NCBI GenBank assembly: GCA_020184695.1
Contig: JAANOX010000243.1
Location: 186,001 to 250,000, forward strand
Direction of reading: 5' to 3'
Length of the DNA: 64,000 nt
Origin: Histomonas meleagridis 2922-C6/04-290x
Lineage: Eukaryota > Protista > Parabasalia
A program made the position numbers and the translations under genes. Below the pieces are notes generated by a model that did not search any database, was not told where the DNA came from, and saw only the letters and a list, made by a program, of their open reading frames with translations. This document shows, one piece after another, positions 46,550 through 58,450 of the stretch; the stretch's first letter is position 1, and every line of letters starts with the position of its first letter.

Positions 46550-48165
46550 TTATCTTGCTCCTCCGGCAATTATCTGCTCGATTGATGCGTTGGTAATTTC
46601 AATTTGACTTCTACCGTCAGGCTTCATTGCTCGAACTTTCAACAGTGCATCTTCAAAATAAATTCCAGTCGGTGCGATAAAGTTTACATTTTTCATTGCG
46701 GTATTTGCCAAACGATCGCCAAATAATTCAATCTGTACCGTCCCAGTTGTTGATATTCCACCCATAAAATCTTCTCCCTCAGCAAATGGTAATCCAATGA
46801 AGAAATTACTGTTATCTTTACCGTGCCACACTCGTGTTTGGGTATTAACGCCAGTATTATTATAAGTATTCTTGAAGTAATACGGTTGAACAGAAGTTTT
46901 AATATCTTTTGACAAAGAACTCAGCAAGCTTCCATTAAGATTTACTGCATCAAGAAGCATATTAAGATTTCTTGGATCATCAACTGTTTCGTATGCTTCT
47001 CTTGGATAAATTTTACCGTCAATATTAAAACTATATCTTATTTGAGGATTTAAGAAGCATGTTCGTGAATATTGTGATTCTCTGAATACAGTAAACATAG
47101 TATCACAATGTTTAAGTCCTATTGTTGCTGCTGTGTTAAATGATGTTGGAGCACTTGTTGAATTACTTCCGAGTGGTTGTGTGAAATCTCTTACTTGACA
47201 AACGTGAATTGGAAATAGCATCGGAACTTGAATATATTTTGCAGCAAGAGCATTAAACACATCCATTTTCAAAAAGATATGTTGCAAGCTTAATTTTAAC
47301 ATCTTTTGTAACTTGGCTATTGCAAACAAATTTTTTGAGGTGCATCCATTGTTGCGTAAGTTGTTGAACCGCTTCCTGCTGTTGCTTTAATGTTGCTCTT
47401 TACTGATTCATTAACATTTCTAAATCCAAGGTCACATAAATAATCTCCTTCAACTACAGCTTTTGCAGCAACTAATGATTCATGATCGCATACAGGAGCA
47501 ATAACAATATTTTGATATGAAGGCATCAGTTCGATTGAAAGCTTGCCGCTCCAGTTAGGATAATATCGCATATTAAATAACATTAAGAAATAACTTAATG
47601 GAATTCTTAATGGAATCCTGACTATAACTTCTTTAGATGCAGTAATTGCACTAAAGTCACAGTAAACGCCAGGAACCATTGAATCATGAGCTCTGATTTT
47701 ATCAATAGTTGCGAAACAATCATTACCGGCTTTAGCTTCATCAGATAATGAATTAGAAAGCATGAACCATTCATACCTTGCGTTATGAACGTCTTGAATT
47801 TTATCTGTGTTTGAATAAATTCTGTATTGGTCTATAGCATCGCATGAACATTTATAACCGACATAATATTCTTTAAACAAAAGATTTGATTGTGACGGAA
47901 CGGTAATTGGTACTTCTTGTTCTAAAGTAATATATGAATTATCTAAACCAATAATCTTAAATCTATCCGTGAAAATGTCAACGTATGTTGTATCTCCTTC
48001 GTTTATATCTCCAACATTGCCGTAAGAAGTAGCTGTCGTGTATTCATAATTGCCTGGAATGATTTCAGAAGCTTTAACTGCTTCATCAACTTCATTATAC
48101 CAATCTTGAAGGTTTCCAGTCATTGCATCAATAACATTTGGTTGTTGATTTTGTGGTGCAAACAT
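46550..48165 (-). CDS. Putative major capsid protein (double jelly-roll), ~537 aa after removing two homopolymer insertions
   Basis: ORFs 47317-48165 and 46550-47329 join. Size and beta-rich motifs (LDNSYITLE, VRIPLRIPLSYF, RYYP..SGKLSIEL) fit a Polinton MCP; position within the Maverick supports this. Confidence 0.65.
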
Positions 48166-48191
48166 TTTATAGTGATAAAAAAATCAAAACA

Positions 48192-49944
48192 TCAATTAGA
48201 ATCTAAGTCTTCAACAGTTACTGTATTTGTTAACGGTAACAATCTTCTATTAGAAAAAGTTCTTAAATCATTATAAAATTGAAGTAGTAAATCAGGTGCT
48301 AATTGACTTTTATTTGTTCTAGTAAATCCAGCATATTTATGTTGATTTTCTGCTAAAAATTGATTAAATCTATCATCTCCAATTGAATTAATCAAAGCAT
48401 CAATATTATATTCAAGTTGTATTCTTTGATTATTTTGATTTACAACTTGTTGTGCAATATCTGATTGTAATTGATTTGTTATTGCTAATTTTCTTGTCGG
48501 TGATAGATTACCGCTAAACATTTGTTGTTGTATTTCAATTTGTGCTTGACTTTCCATTGCTTTTTTTGTATACTCATTCGCTAACTCAACATCTTGAGCT
48601 CTTCTTTGATTTTGTAACGTTGCTATTTTTCAAATTTGTATTTTTCTGTATTTGTGCTTTATGTTCGGCAGAATTTAAATATTCTAATTCAGCATCAAGA
48701 GCTATTTTATTTTCTTCGGTTGCTTGTAATTCCTCTCTTCTTTTAATTTCTTTTTCACGTTCCTTCGTTTGAACTTTTTTCTTAGCGTTCTTAACAATCG
48801 ATTCTTTGTGCGTCTTGCTTATTTCTGGTTTTGGTCCAACGGCTGTTTGATATGCTCCTAATTCTTGAGCTTTAATTTCTTCATCAACTGTTTTTCGTTG
48901 TTGCTCAATTTCCGCTTCTTTCAATCTTTCAAATCTTGCTCTTGCTCTTAATCCAGGTCGTTGTTTTTTTCTTCTTCAGCAAGTTGTTGTTGATATAAAC
49001 CATTAATGCTTTCCATGTATTGATTATCTAACGCCTGATATTGCTCCGGAGTTAATGCTGTTATTCTTTTAATTCTTTCTTGTTCAAATTTTTTTTTTTA
49101 GCTTCATTTTTGAGCTTTTAATAGTTCATTTTTCATAACGTGCTCTTTCTAATTCATATTGTGTCTGTGCTCGCATTTCATTTGCATTCTTATAATCTTC
49201 TGATTTTAAAACTTTCTGTAAAGTTTCATTTTCATTCTTTACTTTTTCTAACTCACGTTGCAAGCTACTTTTAATTCGCATTTGTTCATTAGCTTCTATT
49301 TCATGTTGGCGTTCAATAGTAAGCATTTTTGCTTCAGCTAATTGAGCTTGAATTGTTGCGTTTTGATCTTTTAATAAATCAATGTCGCCTCTATACTGAG
49401 TTTTTTTAAGTTCTGCCAAAGCTTTTGCGTAACGTTCAGTTTCTTGTTGAGCTTTGTTTGCTAATTCATGCTGACGTTCAATCTCTCTTTCTGCCATTTC
49501 ACGTTTTTGCTTTTCTTCGTTATACTTTGCCTCAGCAGCTTTTGTTGCTTTTTTCATATTTCTTTCTTGTTCATCCAAATTCTTTTTTCTTGCTAATTCA
49601 TCTTGTTTCTCTCTTCGCGTATCATTAATTTGTTGTTGACGAACATCGTTTTGATTTCTCATATTATGTATTGCGTCAAGATTTACGTTTTTTGGCGTTT
49701 GTGATTAAGCAACAGGAAGAGATGGGTTTTGTAAATTTGCCATCATTTGTGACCTAGCAGAACTACTATTTTGATTTTGCGGTAAGGGAAGAATATTTGA
49801 TCTAACACTAGCGTTTGGGTTAATTGTTGGTGCTTGAGTAATTAGTCGATTCGCGTGCGAACTTTGCGATAGCAAATGCCTTAATCCACGTTTAACATTT
49901 TTTTTTGTTTTTCTAATTCTTCGTTTGACTGCTTTCTTTGTCAT
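48192..49944 (-). CDS. Long coiled-coil protein with highly basic N-terminus, multiply frameshifted
   Basis: Starts MTKKAVKRRIRKTKKNVKRGLRH; fragments 49705-49995, 49126-49662, 48586-48924 and 48192-48557. Confidence 0.5.
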
Positions 49945-49967
49945 TTTATAAAAATAAAAATATTGAT

Positions 49968-50600
49968 TTATAAATATTGAACTCTTGCTCTCCATCCGCG
50001 TTGTACCGGCACGTTATAAATTTGTTCTTGAGGTTCAGAAACTTGAGCTTCGGACGAAAATATAACTTCCTTTTTGTTCTTGTTCTTCATTTTTGTTCTT
50101 CATTCTTTGTTTGTTCAACTGTTGGAATTTCTTCTGAGTCAATATAAATGTCATTCTTTAAACTTCTGTATTTCTTCTTAAGCTTTTTTTTGTTTACCTG
50201 TTAATTTATCTAATCTTGAATTTAATTCAATTATATGCTCCATTAATAATTGGTCGTTTGATAAATAAACTTTACCGTCGTTGTTGTTTTTTTTTTCTTT
50301 TTGACTTACCGTTGGAGTTTTTGATTTCTTTGCTATAACTCTAGCGTTACCGTTCTTGAAAAATTTGACGTCAAAGAATTCATTTTCAATTCCTTTTTTA
50401 GCATTAGCAATTATAATTTCTTTTTCTTCTTGTGTTAAATCTTTTACCGACCTTTTGGAAGGATCGAGCCTCGGCGAGACTGCTTTCTTTGTTATCTTAA
50501 CATCAGATGTTTTTTCTTCATCAACATTTTCGGTTTCCTCTCCCAAAACAATTTCTGTTTCAGTTTCGTGACTCAAAACTTCATTCTCTGTATCAGTCAT
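49968..50600 (-). CDS. Element hypothetical protein, frameshifted
   Basis: ORF 50178-50600 continues past a poly-T shift to PVQRGWRARVQYL*; a homologous relic is at about 62950-63410. Confidence 0.55.
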
Positions 50601-50638
50601 TTATTAAATATAAAAAAATGAAAAAAATTCATTTTATT

Positions 50639-51121
50639 TTAAGATGCAAACTTAGTATCTCCCGGAGCATAAGGCATCACTGCGGGTCGAGGTTGACCGG
50701 CACCATATCTTCTTCCTCCAAGTATCACATCACCGGTATATTTTGGTTTTGTTAACTGACCATAAATTTTTCCTCCTGCTTGAATCCAAGGTTGAGTTTT
50801 ATCCGAAATCTTTTTGACCTGTATCGATTACTCTATCGGCTACTTCTTTGCCTTTTTTTCAACTGCTTGTCTTATTTTGTCTTTAATCTTACCGTCAGGT
50901 ACGGCATCAACTATTTTATCTATTTTATCTGTTATATCTCCTTTACGCTTTCTTACCGTATCAATTATTCCTGGAATCTTTTTTTTTTTTTTTATTCCTC
51001 GACTGATTATTGGCGAGACCTTACCGTAAATTCTCTTTCCTTTATCAATAACTTTTCTTACAAGTCGTCCTGCATTTTGAATAAATTTTCTTATTCCACC
51101 GAATATACGACCTAATCCCAT
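50639..51121 (-). CDS. Putative myristoylated amphipathic-helix (membrane-penetration-like) virion protein
   Basis: MGLGRIFGGIRKFIQNAGRLVRKVIDKGKRIY: Gly2 followed by an amphipathic basic helix. The 3' part is frameshifted and its end is approximate. Confidence 0.45.
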
Positions 51122-51158
51122 TTAATATAATTAAAAAAAACGTTTTAATAACTCTTAA

Positions 51159-52314
51159 ATGAGTCTAAACATTAATAGAGAAATTGACAAAACACATTTT
51201 AAAACTTACAGTCACGTCAAAAAACACGTGCAAAATAAATTTCCAAATGTTAGTGAAAAGAAAATTAAAAAAGTAATATCAAGGAGATTGAAGGATAAAT
51301 TTATTAAAACAAAAGATATAAAACCTTATATGATAAAAATATTTTCAACTGTTCCAAATTGTTGGTTTCATGATTTATACGATAATACTAAAGGAAAAAC
51401 TCCTCGTTATTGGCATGTGTTTATTGGCACAAATAATAGATATGTTTATTGTCTGCCGTTAATGTCAAAGTCAGCTGGAGCAGTTCATGAAACATTAAAA
51501 CGATTTATTGAAAAATTCCATCCGGTAAAATTAACGTCAGATGAAGAACCAGCATTTATTGAAAAAAATAATTTAAAACTTCTTTCTGATAATAAAGTTG
51601 CCGTTCATACAATATCAGATAAAAACCATTCGTCTTTAGGCATTATTGATAGATTCATGCGAACAATAAGAGATATGAATACTCCAACGGAAAAAACTCT
51701 AAAAATCAATGACATGATGAAAAAAATACACATTTATTACTCCAGAAAGAATGAAAAAGTTTCTGAATATTTATAATAATACTTACCATTCAGCCATCGG
51801 TTGTTCTCCAAAAAGAAATGTTTGATAATAAAGATTTAGAAAAAAAGAATATATATTTAAAAGTTTAGAATCTTCTGAAAAAAAAAAATGTATTAAGAAT
51901 TTAATTCTTCCTGTTGGCTCTTTTGTACGCTATATATTACCGCGTCATAATGGCATAACTAAAAAAAGATTTCAAATAAGTCGTGAATGTTATAAAATTG
52001 ATGAACGGAAAGGAAATATGTACGTTTTAATTGCTCAAGACGGAACGGTAATTACTAAACCAAGATACAAACTAATACCGATTGGTAAGAATAAACCAAA
52101 TAATATTAAATGGGCGTCAACTATTCCTGGTAAATGGGTTGGTTCTGTTGAGTCAATTTTATCATTTAATCCTAAAACAAATAAGTATAAAGTACTTTTT
52201 ACCGTTCCTGGGCAACGTTCATATCAAGATGAAATTCCTGCTTCATTTCTCCGAGGCAATACTCCTCATAAACAATCAGAAATTGAAAGAGAATTTTTTG
52301 CTAAACATAAATGA
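51159..52314 (+). CDS. Retroviral-like (rve) integrase, frameshifted
   Basis: WFHDL, LTSDEEPAF and LGIIDRFMRTIRD core; the C-terminal fragment 52018-52314 is beta-barrel-like. Confidence 0.85.
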
Positions 52315-52440
52315 TATTAATATTTATTTTTATACATGACAAACTAACTAACTAACTAACTAACTAAAAAAGAAACTAGCTAAAGGAAATTCAAAATTGT
52401 TCCGTGAGTTTCTCCATTCATGTGAAATCACTTGAAAATC

Positions 52441-54475
52441 AAGAGTTTGAAGGAGAAAAAATAACGTTTCCGGAAAATACAAACAATAAGAAATCGTTTG
52501 ATATGTAAATCATGTGAAAATAACTATCACATAACGAAATAAATTTATTTTTAAATTTCAATGTCAGTTTTTCACTTTTTCCATGAACGCCTTACGTTCG
52601 ATTCCCGTACAGTGCGTTTTTTGTTAATGTCTTACGTTCGATTCCCAAACCTATTGAATTTTATTTTTGAACTTTTTTTACTCGTTCTACCTTAACGTTC
52701 AACTCTAACGTTCTTCCTTAACGTTCGACTCTAACGTTCTTCCTTAACGTTCACTTTATCCTTCGTCATAAACACCGTCATAAAATTCGTCATCAAATAT
52801 TTTTTACATTTGCCACTAAATTCAATGACAATTCAAAAAATTTTACGTTTGACACTAATTGATAGTATCATTCAAATCTTGTTTTCAGTACTCATTCAAA
52901 TCTCATTACTGCCCGCCAATTTCTAATCCTTAACGTTCAATTACCACCAAAATTTTTTTCATTGTAAAATAATTCAATACTTTACTTTTTACAACATTGA
53001 AAAAAAAATGCTCCTGTGTCGAGAAACGCGTGTCAGATTTTTTTTTAAGATTTCAATACTTTTAAAAACTTTTTCAGAACTCATTCAAATTCATTTCCCG
53101 CCAATATTTTTCAGTACCTATTCAATTATTAATCGTTTTGCCACCAAATTAAAAAAAAAAAAAAAAAATTTTACATTTGCCACTAAATTAAATGATAATT
53201 CAAAATATTTTTTACAACAACTTCAACCGTCATTTTCTCCGTCCGTTAATTTCCGTTAAATTTTAAACAGAAAACGTTTAAAAAAAATTTTTTGAAATCC
53301 GTTAAAAAAAGTTTATTTTTCACAACTTACTTTTTCAGCGGTTGTTCAAATTTATCAACCGTCATTTTCTCCGTCCGTTAATTTTTCGTAAACGTATCAC
53401 TAACGAACGTTAATTTTTTTCAGAGGTTAACTTTAACCTTTTTTTTAACCCTTTTTTTAACCCTTTACGAAACGGTGTAAACGTGCGATTTTTGGCATCC
53501 GTTAAGTAATGACATGTTATATGAAATGAAAAGACATGTCAAATGAAATGGAAAGACATGTGATATGAAATGATTTACCGGAAATGTTACGTGAAACGAA
53601 AAACAGAAATGTTATATGAAATTATAAAAAAGTGGTTCCACAAAAAAATTCAATGTCGCTGTATCTCGAACCAACGACCTTTACACAAAAAGTGACACAA
53701 AAATCAGAAAAACATATATAAAAAATTAAAGGTTAAAGTTAACCTAAAAGTTAACCTTTTTTTTAACCTTACAGTAGCTCCTGTAAACATGCAATTTCAG
53801 CGTTAAATCATTCAAAAAATGCTCATTTTCTCCGATTCGTAAAGGGTTAAAAAAAGGGTTAAAAAAAAGGTTAAAGTTAACCCTCAAAATTTTAATGATA
53901 CTTTTTTACGTTCAAAACCTCAGTTAATAACAACTTTCGACATAGAATTAACGTCAAATTCTTACCGATATATCAACTTTCAACTTTTGCGTTAAATCAT
54001 TCAGAAAATGCTCATTTTCTCCGATTCGTAAAGGGTTAAAAAAAGGGTTAAAAAAAAGGTTAAAGTTAACCCTCAAAATTTTAATGATACTATTTACATT
54101 CAAAACCTCAGTTAATAACAACTTTAAAAGGGTTAAAAAAAAGGTTAAAGTTAACCCTCAAAATTTTAATGATACTATTTACATTCAAAACCTCAGTTAA
54201 TAACAACTTTAAGCTCCAAACACTAAAATCTACATAGGATTAACAACAAAACACTAAAATCCACATAGTATTAACAACAACTCAGCCGGATTCATGCCTC
54301 ACACATTTTAAATATAAATGTCATCATGAATTTAAATATATTTTATTACTTTCAATCAAAACCAACCGATTTATGATAATTCAATCGATTTTAGCCGTTC
54401 ATCCTTTAGTTTATGTAGCGCGAGTGGGAGCGAGTGCGTAGCACGAAGCTCACATAGCGCTGTGTGTGTGTGTGT
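52441..54475 (-). repeat. Right terminal inverted repeat (~2.04 kb)
   Basis: Reverse complement of the left TIR, with differences in subrepeat content. Confidence 0.93.
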
Positions 54476-54480
54476 GTTTG

Positions 54481-54556
54481 TGAGTTTTTAAGTGAGAAAA
54501 AAATAAACATAAAATTCGTGATAAGTTCGATAAAAATAACGAATAAATAAATGCTA
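54481..54556 (+). mobile_element. Continuation of the interrupted older Maverick ORF
   Basis: Joined to the left flank it reads ...gacGTTTGtgagtttttaagtgagaaaaaaataaac (DVCEFLSEKKI), matching DVCEFLSERKI of ORF 45665-45853. Confidence 0.85.
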
Positions 54557-54767
54557 TCAACCTGACCTAACTTGACTTAACCTAACAATAGAATTCGAGA
54601 TAGCATTTCATTTTGCGAATTAAATGAAATATTTTTTGATAGAAGAACTCCACGAATCAATATTTCTCTCTACTTCTTCGAGCCTTTTTTATTATTTCTT
54701 CGTATTCTCTGATATTATTTCTCGCTTGCTCCCATCGATCCAAAGTTATGCCGGAGTCTCTATGATC

Positions 54768-55022
54768 TTAACATGTTCTATTCTTTAGCTCTCTGTAGAT
54801 TGTTGGTGGTATTGATTTTGCAACTTCAATAAATACTGGTTTTGCATTTTCAACTGTACCAGGTAATTGTTTTTCATTTAATACTTCGTGGACTTTGTCG
54901 TTGATGGAATCCATGATTTCTGCAACAGTAAAAGCATATTTAAAAGAGCAATACTCCGCCACAAAATGAACAAGCTTTATATGAATATACTTTTCGAGGA
55001 ATTTTGGCGCCGTTTGACTCAA
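54768..55022 (-). CDS. Hypothetical ORF, unknown origin
   Basis: 84-aa ATG ORF with less AT bias than its surroundings; no recognisable motif. Confidence 0.25.
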   Translation of the reverse strand: MSQTAPKFLEKYIHIKLVHFVAEYCSFKYAFTVAEIMDSINDKVHEVLNEKQLPGTVENAKPVFIEVAKSIPPTIYRELKNRTC

Positions 55023-55439
55023 ATGATATATATAATGATATATAATGACAAATTCCTGCCACCTTCACCGCTGTCCAGAAGCATTTTTGACTGATTTCCA
55101 CCACATATTAGTAATTTAATTAAATCTCCATGTTTTCTCATTTGAAGGACACATTTGCGATGCATTCACATAACCATTTGAGTTGCAAACGTAATATTTT
55201 TATTTATTATGATAATTAAAACATCGTTACAAGTTTTTGTGGTGAACTCCTCAGCTGACATATTTATATAGTAAATAAAAAAATCGAATTTTATATAAAT
55301 AATAAAGTTTCTTTTTCCTGAGGTTTGAGGCATTTTTGGCTTGTATCATAAGGTGGCAGGATCCTGTCATCTTCGCCACAAGCCTGTTTCTTAACATGTT
55401 TCGGGAATATTGAAATCTCATATTCTTCAATTTTGGATC

Positions 55440-56010
55440 CTTTAAATTTCTCAGATATCTCTTAACTTCTGCGGTGGTATATGGGAATAATAACTGCCGT
55501 TTTCATGTTTGCCAATCCAACAAGCAGCAGATTTGGAATATATTTATGTAAATACATGTTCAATGATTTTTGATATAGCGCAGAATCTACTTCATAATAA
55601 TAGACGTTAACGAAATTCTTTATTATATTCATTTTGTTATTAAAATTTTCTAAAACACTTTTCGAGAATTGAGAATAAGTGAAATTTTCAACATAAAAAT
55701 TTACAATATCAACAACAAATCCCGAAATTTCGTCTGCGTTATACGTGTATTTTAATACATAAGGCGCGAATTCATCGATATATATATCAACGTTATTTAC
55801 AAATTTATGTTTCATAACTTTTGGTTTCAGTATTTAAAAACCAAAACATGAATTTAAGTGTGATTGACAATTTATCTGTTCCCGATAATTTGGCTCTCAT
55901 TCTTGCTACATATGATTTTTTTATTAGCTTTTTTTTATTAGCTCTTATATTATGGTGTTTTCTTCTTTAAAGGTTGCCATTAGAATCAAGCAATCCAGCT
56001 GGCTATAGCT
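55440..56010 (-). pseudogene. Decayed pPolB of the older Maverick
   Basis: KHKFVNNVDIYIDEFAPYVLKYTYNADEISGFV...YYYEVDSA, close to the intact pPolB C-terminal half. Confidence 0.88.
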
Positions 56011-56199
56011 GTTATAACAAGTAACCTTAGAAAATTTATTTACTGTTTTATAACTCCAGCATTATTTGTTATATATATTAATATTCATAAATTTTAATAA
56101 ATTTTGAATGATTTAAATTTGTTCTAGTATTTATAAATGATTTTAACATATTAATTACATTATCTGTAAATATATTACTTGCAATAAATGATTGTATCG

Positions 56200-56460
56200 A
56201 ACAAGACTCACTGATAATCACATTATCGAAATCGAGTTATTTGACGATAGATATTCAACAATTATATTTGCACGACCATATTTATATCGATTATATTTTA
56301 AGCAGGCATTAGTTATAACTATGTAAATTTAATCAATAAAAAAAATGATATTTAATGAATTTATATCAATATTAATCAAGATTTAACAATGAATGGTAAT
56401 ATAGATATCAATACTATAAATAATATATCTACTGATAATCATAATCATAATATCAGTGAT
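56200..56460 (+). pseudogene. Fibre-gene relic
   Basis: attaatcaagatttaacaatgaatggtaatatag and gataatcataatcat resemble fibre gene segments near 39250-39340. Confidence 0.4.
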
Positions 56461-57599
56461 GAATATTTCGGATTTTCATTAAAATCGTTATGATGTTTTT
56501 TTTAAAGTTCCATCAGGTACACCTTTTATTGATTACATTCCTGTCAATTATTCACGATCATATAGACCTGGTGAAATGAATTATTTCGAAAAAAAATATT
56601 TTGAATGAAAATAAAGATATAAATGATTCGTTTTGTTGACATATTTAGTTGTCGATAAGTAATTGTTGATGATTGATCGTTGTTTGTAATTATTTCTTAA
56701 TTATTTCGACTTTTGGTACTCTCCAATCAAATAAGATTATTTGAATACCATGATATGCCTTTCAAAGATCTTGAAAAATTTACATTCAAAATATTTTTGT
56801 GAGAAATTATTTTATGTCAAATTCGATTTCTATGTTTTACATTTTTCGACATTAAATTTTCTGATAATTTATAAAATGTCAATCAACATCGGGTACATCG
56901 CTTGAATAATTAAAACATAATTTTTCATCAAATCTGTTTATAACATACTTACCAGCGTAAATGTGATGCTGATGTTAAATTTACATTGATACATGTCATA
57001 ACTTATTTCTTTAATGTATTTTCATCAATCAAAATAAAATTCAAAAAAGAGATTACACAATATAACTTTTTTGTCATTGATAAAATAAATAATACAAAAA
57101 TTCAAAAAAAATCAATTTTTCTAATTTTCAAATTTTTTTATAGGCTTTCGAAATATTTTATTTTTGATTTCGGATTTCTCATTTATTAGCTTGAAAATAG
57201 TTACTCGTTATCATAGTTTTGCTTATGCCTATCATTAGTTGTATATTTTATTATTTTCGCCATACCAGAATCTAATTTTTTATGAAGAAATTTGAAAAAA
57301 ATCATCAACAATTTTTTTTACTGTTATAAAATATTCGATGTACCCAGTATTTGAAAAACAATATAGTTTAATTTGAATAAGTTGTTATTTTCGTAAAAGA
57401 AATACGGATGCGCGCGAATTCGGAGCACCATGAAAATGATAGCAAATTTGCATATATATATATGAGCGATATGAAGGTGGTAGAATCATTTCATCTTTTT
57501 ATATATCATTTCTTAAAACACCTCATAAATCAATATTTTTCTTCGCCTTCTACAACAGTAATATCATTTTTGTTAAGATTGTACATAAGTATGAAACGA

Positions 57600-58450
57600 T
57601 TTCCAAATATGTTATATTAATAGGTGGTTTATCATATTATTAACATTATTACTTGTTTTTTTTCCATAGTCAATTCTCGTTGGTTATCCTCCAATGTCCA
57701 ATCAACATCATGTCTTAGCAGAAATGTATTGGCTTCTTCTATTATCAAATTTGTTGTAAGATCTATTCGTGTTTTATCATATTTAGTCTACTTAGAATCA
57801 GTGAATTGATAATGTCTAATTTTTTTTGAAATATTTAGTTTTACAGTGCATTGTAATACATATTCAAATCGAGTGATAATCCCATATTTTTGGGATGAAT
57901 TTACAATATCGCTTGTAGTTGAGGCCCATTGAATGGCTGATAACAATCTTATTATATCATTTGTTTGAGGGCTTAACCCATCAGTTTTACGTTTGTTTGG
58001 CATCACTTTTTTTGTCATAAAATACAAAAGTAAGTCAAGTCATTGCACTTGATCACTCGAATGGGATAAAATTATTGCAAGATCCACGTCAAATGCATTT
58101 GCCGGAAGATCTACGATCATTGATGTCAATTCTTCAGAATAGCTGTCAATATCTTCTGGTGACGCATCTAATCTTTTAATTTTCATTGGCTTCCCCCAAA
58201 TTGGTTTCACCATTTGCGTATAATTGTTCCAAGTGTGTTAGAGGATATGATAATGTTGTATGTCATATAGCCATTCTGAAAGGATGTGGTTCTTATAATC
58301 CTCACACAACTTTTGCTTCACTGATTACATTTATTATGAATCTAGGATCTGTGGCCTTTCAATAAGATTTACTCCGCCTTGTGAGATTTCACGTAAAGGT
58401 CTTTCGATGTGACTAGCGATGGTTGTGAAAAATATTGGCGATCGCCTGTA
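57600..58450 (-). mobile_element. Highly decayed pogo/DDE_1 transposase relic
   Basis: Minus-strand FDVDLAIILSHSSDQV resembles the I.FIPPHSSDQ.QPLD segment; many stops. Confidence 0.35.

Larger units (their letters stand above)
31578..54475. mobile_element. Full-length Maverick/Polinton-like endogenous virus, 22,898 bp
   Basis: ~2-kb TIRs, (AC)7...(GT)7 termini and a GTTTG direct repeat on both flanks (31573-31577 and 54476-54480). Contains ATPase, pPolB, rve integrase and capsid-like genes. Confidence 0.93.

Noticed and set aside
52341-52366. (ACTA)n run resembling repeated branch points
   Set aside because: It is a simple microsatellite after the integrase stop, with no splice context.
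55045-55370. 18/21-bp imperfect inverted repeat (MITE candidate)
   Set aside because: No target-site duplication and no second copy in the window.
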